Counted from the first letter of the stretch, positions 51,628 to 61,940 are shown. The stretch: 64,000 nucleotides of DNA from an uncultured Candidatus Saccharibacteria bacterium (GCA_964512925.1 CAZEKH010000001.1:200226-264225), one strand, 5' to 3'. A program made the numbers and translations. The notes: generated by a model from the letters alone, not told the origin.

Positions 51628-51719
51628 AAAATCAGGCGGCCTCGTCGTCTCCGAGAACCGCCTTATTGATGTTCATCACTGACTCCTTTAGGAGTGTATG
51701 ATTGCAAAATTGTTATATT

Positions 51720-52406
51720 ATGTCAATAAAAAAGAAACCCACAAATAAACGGATCAAAATGCCGGAGAAGTTTTCTGACGAGCCGAAGGGGTTGGTGATT
51801 TGTTATTTGGGGGCGGGGAAGGGGAAGACTACGGCGGCGATGGGGATGGCTGTTAGGGCGGCTGGAGCCGGGATGAATGTTTATATACTGCAGTTTGTAA
51901 AAGCAAAGGGAGCGGACGAGGAGGGGAAAAAAGTCGGCGAGTGGCCGGTGTCGAGCGAAATTGAGTTTTTTAATGCTTTGGAACAATATCACCCCCTAGC
52001 CCCCTCTTATGCTAAGAGGGGGAATGAAGGGGAGGGAAGAATTGGAAATATCTATAATGAGCAAGTTGGTTTAGGGTTTGTGGGGATATTGGGCGACCAG
52101 AAAGAAAAGGCAGTTCATATCAAAGCGGCGCTGGATGGGTTAAACAAAGCCAGGGAAATTATTTCCAGCGGACGATACCAAGTCGTTATTTTAGACGAGA
52201 TTATTTCCGCTTTGGAATCCAAACTTTTGGAAGAAAGGGATATTTTGGATTTAATCTCCGTCAAAAGTCCACTTCAGCATCTGGTTTTGACGGGACATAA
52301 TAAATTCCCTAAAATACTGGAGCGTTGTGATTTGGTTACGGAAATGGTGATGGTGAAGCACCCATACTATAAAGGGATACTTGCGCAAAGAGGAATAGAT
52401 TATTAG
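51720..52406 (+). CDS. cobO: Cob(I)alamin adenosyltransferase (CobO/BtuR)
   Basis: GAGKGKTTAAMG, LQFVK, VILDEI, LVLTG, KHPY..G..AQRGIDY. Confidence 0.92.
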   Translation: MSIKKKPTNKRIKMPEKFSDEPKGLVICYLGAGKGKTTAAMGMAVRAAGAGMNVYILQFVKAKGADEEGKKVGEWPVSSEIEFFNALEQYHPLAPSYAKRGNEGEGRIGNIYNEQVGLGFVGILGDQKEKAVHIKAALDGLNKAREIISSGRYQVVILDEIISALESKLLEERDILDLISVKSPLQHLVLTGHNKFPKILERCDLVTEMVMVKHPYYKGILAQRGIDY

Positions 52407-52498
52407 AATTGTTCCTGCCTACCAGCAGGCAGGCTAATTTCTAATTATACTAATTGACCTAATAAAATTTTCAATAAACAATTTTCAATCAATTTTAA

Positions 52499-52912
52499 AT
52501 GCTTAAATTTTTGAATGTTAAAAAAGGTATTTATTTAGGGTTAGTAATTTTTTTAGCCGCAAGTTGTGGCGTAAAAACTAAACCCTCTACCCTTGACCCT
52601 ATACCCTCAGCCGTACAGCAAATCCAGGTGAGGCATAAAGTTGAGGGAGTGGACAGGGGTGACCAGCTGTTTAACTTTTATGAAAATGAAAACAAAACCG
52701 CTTTAGACCTTTTAAAAAGCGGGCACAATGTGGAGACAAAAAGTTTTTCCGGAGTGGGTGAGTTTGTGGAAAGTATAAACGGAGTTAAAGCGGACGGGAA
52801 AAAAGAATTTTGGGCATTTTACTTAAACGGTCAGCAAGCCCAGGTTGGGGCATCGGATTATAAGCCAAAAAATGGAGATGTGATAGAATGGAAAGTGGAG
52901 AAGATCAAGTAG
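52499..52912 (+). CDS. Lipoprotein with DUF4430/transcobalamin-like domain
   Basis: Lipobox LAASC; TALDLL, FVESING, FWAFYLNG..AQVGA..Y..KNGDVIEW. Confidence 0.8.
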   Translation: MLKFLNVKKGIYLGLVIFLAASCGVKTKPSTLDPIPSAVQQIQVRHKVEGVDRGDQLFNFYENENKTALDLLKSGHNVETKSFSGVGEFVESINGVKADGKKEFWAFYLNGQQAQVGASDYKPKNGDVIEWKVEKIK

Positions 52913-53094
52913 TTGAACAAAGTTATACTTTTGGGTTAGGGTTTAAGTGAATAAATTAAAATAATATTTAACAGACATTGAAAATTAATCTAATTTCTAA
53001 TTGTTCTAATTGACCTAAAATTAAATTGCTTCGGATTTTTTAGAATAATTATTAATTAGTCCGCCAGATGGCGGAAATTAGAACAATTTAAAAT

Positions 53095-53694
53095 ATGGTT
53101 TACTTAATAATACTTTTAGCAGTTTTGTCCAGGTTTGTGCCGCATATGCCAAACTTTGCGCCCATAACCGCTTTGGCTATTTTTACCGCAGCTTATATGC
53201 CGTGGAAAAAAGCCGCGGGACTGACTTTGGTTGTTCGTTTGATCAGCGACATTTTTTTGGGATTTTTCTCCTGGCCGATGATGCTGGCTGTTTATGCTTC
53301 GCATCTGGCAGGAATTGTGTTTGGAGTATGGATAAAGAACTCCTCCCGGCCTCCTCTTTGCCAAAGAGGAGGAGTTAAAGAGAAGTTATATTCCCCCTCT
53401 TTACCAAAGAGGGGGTTAGGGGGAGTTAATTTTTCTAAGGTTTTTGTGTCCTCGTTAGGTTCCTCAATAATCTTTTTTTTAGTCACAAACTTTGCTTTTT
53501 TGTATTCTAACTACCCGCATACGTTAGCGGGCATACTTCAAGCTTATATAAACGGCCTGCCTTTTTTGCGCGGTACGATGTTTGGCGATTTAGTTTATTC
53601 CTTTGCTTTTTTTGGAGCGTATGCTTTGGCTTCAATGAAGTTCAAATTTGCAAATAGGACAAATCTACAAATGATTACAAATGATAAATATTAG
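53095..53694 (+). CDS. ECF S-component-like membrane protein (DUF6580-like)
   Basis: SRFVPHMPNFAPITA, FFLVTNF, YINGLPF..GD; several TMs. Confidence 0.75.
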   Translation: MVYLIILLAVLSRFVPHMPNFAPITALAIFTAAYMPWKKAAGLTLVVRLISDIFLGFFSWPMMLAVYASHLAGIVFGVWIKNSSRPPLCQRGGVKEKLYSPSLPKRGLGGVNFSKVFVSSLGSSIIFFLVTNFAFLYSNYPHTLAGILQAYINGLPFLRGTMFGDLVYSFAFFGAYALASMKFKFANRTNLQMITNDKY

Positions 53695-53724
53695 AAAATT
53701 TGTTTCAGTTGTATATAAGAATTT

Positions 53725-54171
53725 ATGCAAAAAGGTATAGATTTTGTTGGAGTGGCGGTTACTTATTTTTGCCACGATGGCAAAGGAAATTTTGTTTTAG
53801 ACAAGCGAGGTCCAAACAGCCGTGACGAGCAAGGTTTGTGGGAGCTGGGCGGCGGAGGTTTGGAGGTTAAGGATTCTGTGGAAGAAACCTTAAGAAAAGA
53901 AATCAAAGAAGAGTATGGCTGTGATGTAATATCTTTTGAATTTTTAGGTTTTCGTGATGTATTTCGTTCGATAAATGACATACAGACGCATTGGGTAACT
54001 TTGGATTTCAAAGTGTTGGTTGACCCAAAACAGGTTAAGAATGGCGAGCCAAATAAGCTTGAAGATGTTAGATTTTTTACGTTTGAAAATATTCCCGACA
54101 AAGATCAATGTCACTCCCAGCTTTGGCATTTTTTAAACAAGTATAGGCAAAAACTTGAAACTAACAGTTAA
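53725..54171 (+). CDS. NUDIX hydrolase
   Basis: GGGLEVKDSVEETLRKEIKEEYG. Confidence 0.9.
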   Translation: MQKGIDFVGVAVTYFCHDGKGNFVLDKRGPNSRDEQGLWELGGGGLEVKDSVEETLRKEIKEEYGCDVISFEFLGFRDVFRSINDIQTHWVTLDFKVLVDPKQVKNGEPNKLEDVRFFTFENIPDKDQCHSQLWHFLNKYRQKLETNS

Positions 54172-54382
54172 AGTCCATCCCAATTCCAAAAATCCCCGTT
54201 TGGAAAAATCCGCGGATGGGCTTTTTGATATCTATGTAAAAGAATCGCCCCAGCAAGGAAAAGCCAACGAAGCAGTGGTAGAGGCTCTGTCTGAGTATTT
54301 TAAAATCCCCAAAACCACTATCACTCTGGTCAGAGGAGGTAAGTCAAAAATTAAAATTTTCAACCTAAGCTTACCATCCTAA
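54155..54382 (+). CDS. DUF167/YggU-like protein
   Basis: VKVHPNS, GKANEA, GGKSKIK. Confidence 0.85.
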   Translation: MKLTVKVHPNSKNPRLEKSADGLFDIYVKESPQQGKANEAVVEALSEYFKIPKTTITLVRGGKSKIKIFNLSLPS

Positions 54383-54417
54383 CCCCTACTTACTACTTAC
54401 TAACCGCTAGTTTTTAT

Positions 54418-55872
54418 ATGTTAAGCAAGTCAAAACTTTTTATCTTAGCTTGTTTGTCCTTTTGCGCAGGGGTGTTTTTTTCTTCTTTCGTGTTTTGGGA
54501 AAATCCGGTTTGGTACAGTTTGATGTTTTTAGCTACATTTTTTTTAGGCTTTGGGATTTTGTTTAAGTATTTTAAGGTAGCGACTGGAGTTTTGGCATTG
54601 CTGTTTTTTGTTTTAGGCGCTTTAAGGCTGAATTCGAGCTTTCAGCCAAATGAATATGCAAATTTCTTTGACCAAAAAACAGCTTTTGAAGGTTTTGTGT
54701 CCGAAGACCCGGATGTTAGGGAGGACAAACAGTTTATCACCTTTCAGCCGGAAAATTTTACACAAAAGGTTTTACTAACTTTGCCTCTGGGGCAGGAGTT
54801 TTTTTACGGAGACAGGATATTTGTTGAAGGAAAAATCCAGGAAGCGAAAAATTTTTCAGAGTTTGACTATAAAGGTTATTTGGAAAGGTATGAGGTTTAC
54901 GCGGTTTCTCAGCGCCCCAAGGTTTTGATTCTAAAAAGCAACCAGCAAAACCCTGTGAAGTATTATCTTTTAAAAATAAAGCATAAGTTTTCGCAAAGAA
55001 CCGGCAAGTTTTTGCCTGAGCCGCACAACAGTTTACTTTTAGGTATTTTGATAGGCGCAAAAAAAGGTTTGCCAAAAAATATTATTGAGCATTTCAACAT
55101 ATCAGGCTTAACTCATATTTTGGCAGCTTCAGGGTTTAATATTTCTATCATAGTGATGGCAGTGGGGGAGTCGGCAAGGCTTATTGGCAGGAAAAAAAGT
55201 TTTTGGCTTTCCATCTTGGCTGTTTTCGCCTTTGGCGTGATCGCCGGGATGTCTGCTTCGGTAGTTAGGGCTTTGGTGATGGGAGGAATTTTGCTTTTCG
55301 CGTTTCGTTTTGGCAGGCTTTACCGGGTGGGCGGGTCTTTGGTTTTGGCGGCATTTTTAATGCTTCTTTTAAACCCAAAGATTTTAGTTTGGGATGTGGG
55401 TTTTCAGCTGTCTTTTGCCGCTACTTTAGGCATTGTTTACGGGATGAAGATATTTCAAGGGTTTAATTTAGAAAATGAATTTGAATTGATAAGTTCAATA
55501 AAAACTCTTTTACTCGCCAGCTTGTGCGCTATTGTCGCAACTTTGCCTTTAAGCCTTTTGCATTTTGGCCAAGCTTCGCCTTATGCTTTGCTTGCTAACT
55601 TGCTCGTTTTGCCATTGGTGCCTTACTTGATGCTAATCGGGTTTCTGTCGGTATTGCCTGTGGTTGCTCCAGCCTTGGGATTTTTAGCCTTTTTAGGCAC
55701 AAGTTATATGCTGTTTGTGGTTTCATTTATTGACAGGCTTCCGGGATCGTCTTTACAATTTAGTATTCCATGGTGGGTTGCTGCCGGGGTATATATAGTT
55801 ATGATTTCGGGATACTTGAGCTGGCATCAGCAGAGAAAAAAAGCGGTTGCCAAGGCTTTGAAATTATGTTAA
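54418..55872 (+). CDS. comEC: Competence protein ComEC/Rec2 (no MBL domain)
   Basis: GLTHILAASGFN, SVVRA, DVGFQLSFAAT. Confidence 0.92.
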   Translation: MLSKSKLFILACLSFCAGVFFSSFVFWENPVWYSLMFLATFFLGFGILFKYFKVATGVLALLFFVLGALRLNSSFQPNEYANFFDQKTAFEGFVSEDPDVREDKQFITFQPENFTQKVLLTLPLGQEFFYGDRIFVEGKIQEAKNFSEFDYKGYLERYEVYAVSQRPKVLILKSNQQNPVKYYLLKIKHKFSQRTGKFLPEPHNSLLLGILIGAKKGLPKNIIEHFNISGLTHILAASGFNISIIVMAVGESARLIGRKKSFWLSILAVFAFGVIAGMSASVVRALVMGGILLFAFRFGRLYRVGGSLVLAAFLMLLLNPKILVWDVGFQLSFAATLGIVYGMKIFQGFNLENEFELISSIKTLLLASLCAIVATLPLSLLHFGQASPYALLANLLVLPLVPYLMLIGFLSVLPVVAPALGFLAFLGTSYMLFVVSFIDRLPGSSLQFSIPWWVAAGVYIVMISGYLSWHQQRKKAVAKALKLC

Positions 55873-55904
55873 GTTAAATAGGCAAAAAAATTAATACTAA
55901 AAAA

Positions 55905-56597
55905 ATGAGCAATAAAATATTAACAATAATTTCTTTGGTTGTGGTTTTTGCAGCCGGCGTATTTGCCTACTTTCAACTGAAAGGGCAGGCGCCTTACGAA
56001 ATCCAGCCAGAAAACAACGAAACAACTATGGATAACCAAACCCAAACTCCTGAAGCGGTTTGTCAGAGGAACTACGACGAACAGAAATTTAAAACCGACA
56101 AAGTCGCAACCAAAAACCAAAAGGTAAAAATCTCAGTCAAAGGTTTTGGGGAAATTGTAGTAGCTTTGGATGACGCGGCTGCGCCGAAAACCGTGGAGAA
56201 TTTTTTAAAACTGACAAACGCGGGATTTTATAACTGTTTGACTTTTCACAGGCTGGCTCGGGATTTCGTAGTGCAGGGCGGGGATCCGGAAGGAACCGGC
56301 AGGGGCGGACCTGGTTTTACAGTACCAGCCGAGATCAAGCTTAAACACTTAAAAGGCAGCATCGCGATGGCCAGGCTGGGGGATGATGCCAATCCAAAGA
56401 GAGATTCTTCCGGCAGCCAGTTTTATATTGCTTTAAACGATTTGCCTATGCTTGATGGGGCTTACACGGTGTTTGGCAAAGTGGAGTCAGGTATGGATGT
56501 GGTGGAAAAAATCGGTTCTCAAACTATAGCCGGCGGTGGCCAGGACGGCCCGCCCCAAACCCCGATTGTTATGGAAAGCGTAACGATAGTAAAATAA
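55905..56597 (+). CDS. Membrane-anchored cyclophilin-type PPIase
   Basis: APKTVENF, FHR, QGGDP, GSQFYI, YTVFG. Confidence 0.93.
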   Translation: MSNKILTIISLVVVFAAGVFAYFQLKGQAPYEIQPENNETTMDNQTQTPEAVCQRNYDEQKFKTDKVATKNQKVKISVKGFGEIVVALDDAAAPKTVENFLKLTNAGFYNCLTFHRLARDFVVQGGDPEGTGRGGPGFTVPAEIKLKHLKGSIAMARLGDDANPKRDSSGSQFYIALNDLPMLDGAYTVFGKVESGMDVVEKIGSQTIAGGGQDGPPQTPIVMESVTIVK

Positions 56598-56722
56598 TTA
56601 TTAAATATCTAGGACTTAATTACTTTCCCTTCTTTCCCCCTCCCTTGAGGGGAGGGGTTAGGGGAGGGTGATAATAATAGCCGTATCATTTAGCTTTGAT
56701 CATTAATTTTTAAAAAATTTAA

Positions 56723-57313
56723 ATGCAACATTTAAAACAAGAAAAAACTTTAGTATTGGTAAAGCCGGACGGCGTAAAGCGCGGACTTATAGGCGAGATT
56801 GTAGGCCGCATTGAACGCAGGGGACTGAAAGTCATTGCTTTGAAAATGGTTCAGGTAGGACGGGAACATTTGGAAAATCATTTTCCGAAAAGCGATGAGT
56901 GGGTAGGAAGGCTCGGGGATAAAGGACTTTCAACTTTTGCGGACTATAAACTGGATCCAAAAGAGCATCTCGGGACCGATGACAGAATGGAGATTGGCAG
57001 GAAAGTCAAAGAAAGCCTTTTTGCTTATATGACTTCTGGGCCCATAGTGGCTTTAGTCATAGAAGGTATTCACGCTATAGATATGGTTAGGAAATTGGCT
57101 GGGCATACTTTGCCTTTTAAAGCTGAGATGGGAACTTTGAGAGGGGATTTCTCCGTGGATAGTCCAGCTATTGCCAATGTAGAAGGTAGAGCCATAAAAA
57201 ATATAATGCACGCTTCTGAAACTCCGGAAGAAGCTAAAAACGAAATCGCTTTGTGGTTTAAGCCGGAAGAGATCCACAGCTACAAGCGGGCAGAAGAAGA
57301 CATAATGTTTTAA
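56723..57313 (+). CDS. ndk: Nucleoside diphosphate kinase
   Basis: KPDGVKRGLIGEI, GTLRGDF, NIMHAS. Confidence 0.95.
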   Translation: MQHLKQEKTLVLVKPDGVKRGLIGEIVGRIERRGLKVIALKMVQVGREHLENHFPKSDEWVGRLGDKGLSTFADYKLDPKEHLGTDDRMEIGRKVKESLFAYMTSGPIVALVIEGIHAIDMVRKLAGHTLPFKAEMGTLRGDFSVDSPAIANVEGRAIKNIMHASETPEEAKNEIALWFKPEEIHSYKRAEEDIMF

Positions 57314-57451
57314 AGACGCGGACTAACGCCGACTAAACGCAAACTTTTTCTTAAAATACAATTAAAAAATCCCCCCACTTATAATTTTATTGGGGATTTT
57401 TTTAACCTTGATCATTGTAGATCAGCGAAAAGTCCTATTAAGTCCGCGTTT

Positions 57452-58957
57452 TTAGCTTTTGCGGAAAAAAGTTGGTAGGGAGATGTTTCTTAGTTCTTTG
57501 ATGCGGTCTACCAGGCCTTTGTTTTGAAGTTTGAGCATATGTTTGATCTTTGCCCTAGCTGAAGAGGTGTGAGCCGCTTCCAGCCAATCGCGGGAGATTT
57601 TTACCGGCTGTTTGTTTTTGGTGATCTCTACCACATCGCCTTTGTTTAGGGTGTCGTAGATGCGGGCAATTTTGCCGTTAATCTTACAGCCGATCATATG
57701 CGAGGCGATGTCAGTGTGAACCGCAAACGCAAAATCTATTACGCTTGCGCCAAGCGGCAGGTTTTTGATATCGCCTTTGGGAGTAAAGACAAAGATACGG
57801 TCACGGAAAAAATCTATTTTTAGGCTTTCCATAAAATCCGAGTTTTCACTTTCTTCCTGCCAGGAGTTTAGTTCCTTTATCCATTCGGATTGAAGTCTGC
57901 CTAAAGTATCGGGCTTGCCTTCTTCCGCGTAAAACCAGTGAGCTGCCACCCCGCGTTCAGCTTCTTCATTCATAAGGTCGGTGCGGATTTGAATTTCTAC
58001 CGGAATTCTTTTGCGGGAAAACACTGTAGTGTGCAAGGATTGGTAACCGTTGGGTTTGGGTATGGAAATGTAGTCTTTGATGCGGCCGGGTAAAGGCTGG
58101 AAATGTTTGTGGATCACACCTAAGGCCGCATAACAGTCAGCCGTAGATTTGGTAATGATGCGAAAAGCCACGATATCGTAAATTTTGTTGATATCGCCGT
58201 CGTACTTGGCGAGTTTTTTGTTTAGGGAATACAAACGTTTGGTGCGTCCTGTCACTTCTTGGTATTTGATACCTTCTATGTGAAGAATCTGGTTAAGCTC
58301 TTTTTCCATATCTTTACCCGAGTCGTCAAAATTGGCAAGCCATCCATCCAGCAGATTTTTAGTTTTTTCAAACTCTTCAGGGCTGACGATCTTAAAAGAC
58401 AAATCTTCCAGCTCATCTTTCCAGGAGTTGATGCCCAACCGGCCAGCTATGGGCGCGTAGACTTCCAGAGTTTCGGTTGCCACTTTCAGTTGTTTTTCCG
58501 CAGGGATGTGTTCAATGGTGCGCATATTGTGCAGGCGGTCTGAAAGCTTGATGAGTATAACCCTGACATCCTGGCTGGTGGCTATAAAAAGTTTTCTTAA
58601 GTTGTCAACATAAACTTTGTCTGTGCTGTTTTTGTATCTAACGTGGCCGAGTTTGGTAACGCCGTCAACTAAGAGGGCGATTTCTTCCCCGAATTCATTT
58701 TTCAGCTCTTCCACAGTAACTTGAGTGTCTTCCGGCACGTCGTGAAGCAAAGTGGCGCAAAGGGTTTTGCAGTCAGGAAATATCTGACCCAAGATGGTGG
58801 CTGAGTGTATGCAATGAACAAAATAATCCTCGCCACTTTTTCTTTTTTGACCTTGATGGGCTTTTTTGGCGCAGTTAAAACTTTTTTCTAACAACTGCTC
58901 TTCAGCAGGTTTAAATTTATGGGGAATGGATTTGAGAAAATCTTTAAAAGTTTTCAT
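57452..58957 (-). CDS. RelA/SpoT homologue (HD, synthetase and TGS domains; no ACT domain)
   Basis: LLHDVPED, DRLHNMRT, KPNGYQSLHT, EIQIRT, DFAFAVHT. Confidence 0.93.
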   Translation of the reverse strand: MKTFKDFLKSIPHKFKPAEEQLLEKSFNCAKKAHQGQKRKSGEDYFVHCIHSATILGQIFPDCKTLCATLLHDVPEDTQVTVEELKNEFGEEIALLVDGVTKLGHVRYKNSTDKVYVDNLRKLFIATSQDVRVILIKLSDRLHNMRTIEHIPAEKQLKVATETLEVYAPIAGRLGINSWKDELEDLSFKIVSPEEFEKTKNLLDGWLANFDDSGKDMEKELNQILHIEGIKYQEVTGRTKRLYSLNKKLAKYDGDINKIYDIVAFRIITKSTADCYAALGVIHKHFQPLPGRIKDYISIPKPNGYQSLHTTVFSRKRIPVEIQIRTDLMNEEAERGVAAHWFYAEEGKPDTLGRLQSEWIKELNSWQEESENSDFMESLKIDFFRDRIFVFTPKGDIKNLPLGASVIDFAFAVHTDIASHMIGCKINGKIARIYDTLNKGDVVEITKNKQPVKISRDWLEAAHTSSARAKIKHMLKLQNKGLVDRIKELRNISLPTFFRKS

Positions 58958-59017
58958 AAACAAATATTACGCTAGATGCTATAATTGTAGCAATATTAAG
59001 CTGAAATATCTACTCTT

Positions 59018-60022
59018 ATGCCAGAACTCCCGGAAGTTGAAACAGTTGTCAGAGAACTCAACAAAAAACTAAAAAATCTAACATTGAGTAAGGTGGTTGT
59101 TAACTATGGAAAAATGGTGCATTTGGGTGAGCAAATAGTGAGTAACAAAAGGCAGGATGACAATGGTAGGGTTAAGCAGTTTAAAAATTTATTGGTCGGC
59201 GCCAAAGTGTTAAGTGTGACAAGAAGGGCTAAGCTGTTAATTTTTAGATTGGAGAGCGCCCCCACCCCCCAGCCAACAGCTAGACAGTTAGGCGGGCAGG
59301 CATCCCTCCTCCGCAGTGCGGGAGAGGGGATGCTATATTTATTAGTCCACTTAAAAATGACCGGACAGTTCATCTTTGAAGATGAAAAGCTGAAGAAGAA
59401 GACAGGCAGCCATTACCGCCTATTAAACAAAAAAACAGCACCTTTGGTACAGCTTCCTGGAAAACATACCCACATATTTTTTTATTTTACTGACGGTTCG
59501 GTTTTGTATTTTAACGACGTACGCAAGTTTGGGTATATGAAACTGTTGGTTGGTGGTGAAGCGGTAAAAGTTTTAGCATTTCCCGAGTACGGTCCGGAGC
59601 CTTTGGACAAGAAATTTAAATTACGACAATTTTTAACAGCTGTTAAAAATTGTCAAAAAAGAAAAATCAGCATCAAGATGTTGTTAATGGAGCCTTCCTT
59701 TGTGGCGGGCATCGGCAACATTTACAGCGACGAAATATTATTCCACGCTGGAGTTAAGCCGGACAGGAAAGTTGGAACATTGAAAAAACTAGAAATAGAA
59801 GAAATATATAGAAACATTAAACCAGTTTTGCTAACTGGCATAAAAGCCAAAGGTTCCAGTGTGGGGGATTTTGTGCGCACAGATGGCAGTTGGGGGAAAA
59901 TGGGCAAATATCACTATGTTTACGGCCGGCGCGGGCAAAAATGCAAAAAATGCGGTACAATGATACAAAGCCTAAAGCTGGGTGGCAGGACAGCGAGTTT
60001 TTGTCCCAAATGCCAGGGGTAG
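59018..60022 (+). CDS. mutM: Formamidopyrimidine-DNA glycosylase with palindromic insertion
   Basis: MPELPEVE, HLKMTG, GIGNIYSDE, C-terminal Zn finger. Confidence 0.96.
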   Translation: MPELPEVETVVRELNKKLKNLTLSKVVVNYGKMVHLGEQIVSNKRQDDNGRVKQFKNLLVGAKVLSVTRRAKLLIFRLESAPTPQPTARQLGGQASLLRSAGEGMLYLLVHLKMTGQFIFEDEKLKKKTGSHYRLLNKKTAPLVQLPGKHTHIFFYFTDGSVLYFNDVRKFGYMKLLVGGEAVKVLAFPEYGPEPLDKKFKLRQFLTAVKNCQKRKISIKMLLMEPSFVAGIGNIYSDEILFHAGVKPDRKVGTLKKLEIEEIYRNIKPVLLTGIKAKGSSVGDFVRTDGSWGKMGKYHYVYGRRGQKCKKCGTMIQSLKLGGRTASFCPKCQG

Positions 60023-60192
60023 TAGTAAGTATTAAGTATTTTGTATAAAGTATTAAGCAAAAAAGTTTGAGAGATAAAATATTTAGTATTAATTCCGATT
60101 TACTGATGAAACAAATTTTACCGATACCTGCAGATATTTAATATCCGTAGGTATCGGTATATCTGTAATCTGTATATCGGCATATTTATGTT

Positions 60193-60414
60193 ATGGAAAA
60201 TCAACAAATAGAAAATAAGATCCAAGAAATGTCTACGGAAGATCTGTTAAAGGAAATTTTGGAAAACACCCGAAAGACCAAAAACTACATAAAGTGGCAG
60301 ATGTATATCACTGTGGCGTTTGTGGTGCTACCGCTTTTGGCGGCTTTGGCTATTATCCCAATGGTAATGAGTAATTTAACCGGCCTGGCTGGGGCTTATG
60401 GGCTAGGGCAATAA
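60193..60414 (+). CDS. Small membrane hypothetical protein
   Basis: Coiled coil plus TM. Confidence 0.65.
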   Translation: MENQQIENKIQEMSTEDLLKEILENTRKTKNYIKWQMYITVAFVVLPLLAALAIIPMVMSNLTGLAGAYGLGQ

Positions 60415-60511
60415 AATATTTAATTTGAGTATTGACTGATATTTATATAAACACTCAAACCTCTCCCTAGCCCTCCCCAAGCTTTGGGGAGGGAAACTAA
60501 AAGGAAATGCT

Positions 60512-60859
60512 ATGACAGAAGAAAAATGGCAGGAGATAGTGGCGATGGTTCAAAAAAATTATCCGGGATCAAAATTAACCCAGGAAGATTTGGAAATGGA
60601 TACGCCGGACGGGCCGGTAAAAAACGGGACCGCGGATGTTTTGAGTTTTACCAATTCGGACGGCGACCGGTTTGAGCTGGTTCGCGAAAACAAGCCTGTG
60701 GTTTTGAAAAAAAAGGAACTCTATTCCACCCGCGCTGGCCAGTCCGCCCAGGTCCAATACAAATTTTCCGACAGCGAAACATCTCACAAGCTTAGGGTTT
60801 ACAAAGAGGTGGGGTTTGATGAGTGGGAAGAGATAACTTTAGACAAGCTCAGCTTGTAA
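60512..60859 (+). CDS. Hypothetical protein
   Basis: 115-aa ATG ORF. Confidence 0.65.
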   Translation: MTEEKWQEIVAMVQKNYPGSKLTQEDLEMDTPDGPVKNGTADVLSFTNSDGDRFELVRENKPVVLKKKELYSTRAGQSAQVQYKFSDSETSHKLRVYKEVGFDEWEEITLDKLSL

Positions 60860-61022
60860 TTTTTAAATAATATAGGCAACTCATTTGTCATTCCGGCCCA
60901 AGAGCCGGAATCTAGTTAATTTGATTGTATTTTTTTAAACAAGATTCCCGTTTTCACGGGAATGACAATTTGAATTTTTTCTAATAAATAATAAATTTTA
61001 AACAAAAGCTCAAATGTAAAAT

Positions 61023-61940
61023 ATGCTCAAAAACCGAATTATACAAACTTTAAAATTTTTTGATTTGCAGGAGTATCCGCTGACACTGTTGGAACTTGGG
61101 CGGTTTTTGCTTTCGGATACAGAAGCTTTAAAAGCAAAGCTGGACGCGCAGTTTGATCTAAAAGAAATTTCTGGTAGCTACGAAGCTTCTGTTCCAACTT
61201 CAGAAATTTTGGCTTGTTTAGAAACTGAATGCCGGGAAGAAGTATGCAGTATAAACGGCTTTTATTACCTAAAAGGGAGGGAATTTTTGATTCAGAATAG
61301 GCAGGATTTTTTTCTAAACGGTTTTGTGAGGGAAAAACGCATTTGGAAGTATGTAGGATATTTAAAATATATACCTTTTGTTAGGGCTGCAGCTTTAGGC
61401 GGAAGCCAGGCGATGGGCAGGCAGAATAAAGATTCTGATATAGATCTTTTGATAATGACTGATGAAAGATTTATGTACTTAGCCAGGACTTTGGTTACTG
61501 CTTTTTTTCATATTTTGGGAGTAAGAAGGCATAACAAAAAAGTGGCCAATAGGTTTTGTTTAAATCACTATTTGGCCAAACCAAAATTTTTACAAAAATA
61601 TCAGAACCTTTATACCGCAATGGAATACGGCAGGCTTCGTCCGTTGTGGGACACGGGGGTGATGGCGGAATTTCAAACACAAAATTCTATCTGGATAAAA
61701 ATTTTTTTCCCCAACTGGGCGGTTGAGCCTGGACTTCTGGACAACCAGGCTTGGTTTCAGAAAGCTATGGAAAAAATTTTATTTTTTAGTTTGGGCAATA
61801 GACTGGAAAGAGTGTTAAAAAACTGGCAGGAGCCGAAGTTTAAAAAAGAAAAGTTTATAGTTATTGAGAAGGACGAACTGTCTTTCCATCCTGAAAGCAA
61901 ACAGGAAGGACTTTTGCGAAGTTTTTTTAATTCAATTTAG
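61023..61940 (+). CDS. Nucleotidyltransferase-fold hypothetical protein
   Basis: GGS..MG....DSDIDLLI motif. Confidence 0.7.
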   Translation: MLKNRIIQTLKFFDLQEYPLTLLELGRFLLSDTEALKAKLDAQFDLKEISGSYEASVPTSEILACLETECREEVCSINGFYYLKGREFLIQNRQDFFLNGFVREKRIWKYVGYLKYIPFVRAAALGGSQAMGRQNKDSDIDLLIMTDERFMYLARTLVTAFFHILGVRRHNKKVANRFCLNHYLAKPKFLQKYQNLYTAMEYGRLRPLWDTGVMAEFQTQNSIWIKIFFPNWAVEPGLLDNQAWFQKAMEKILFFSLGNRLERVLKNWQEPKFKKEKFIVIEKDELSFHPESKQEGLLRSFFNSI

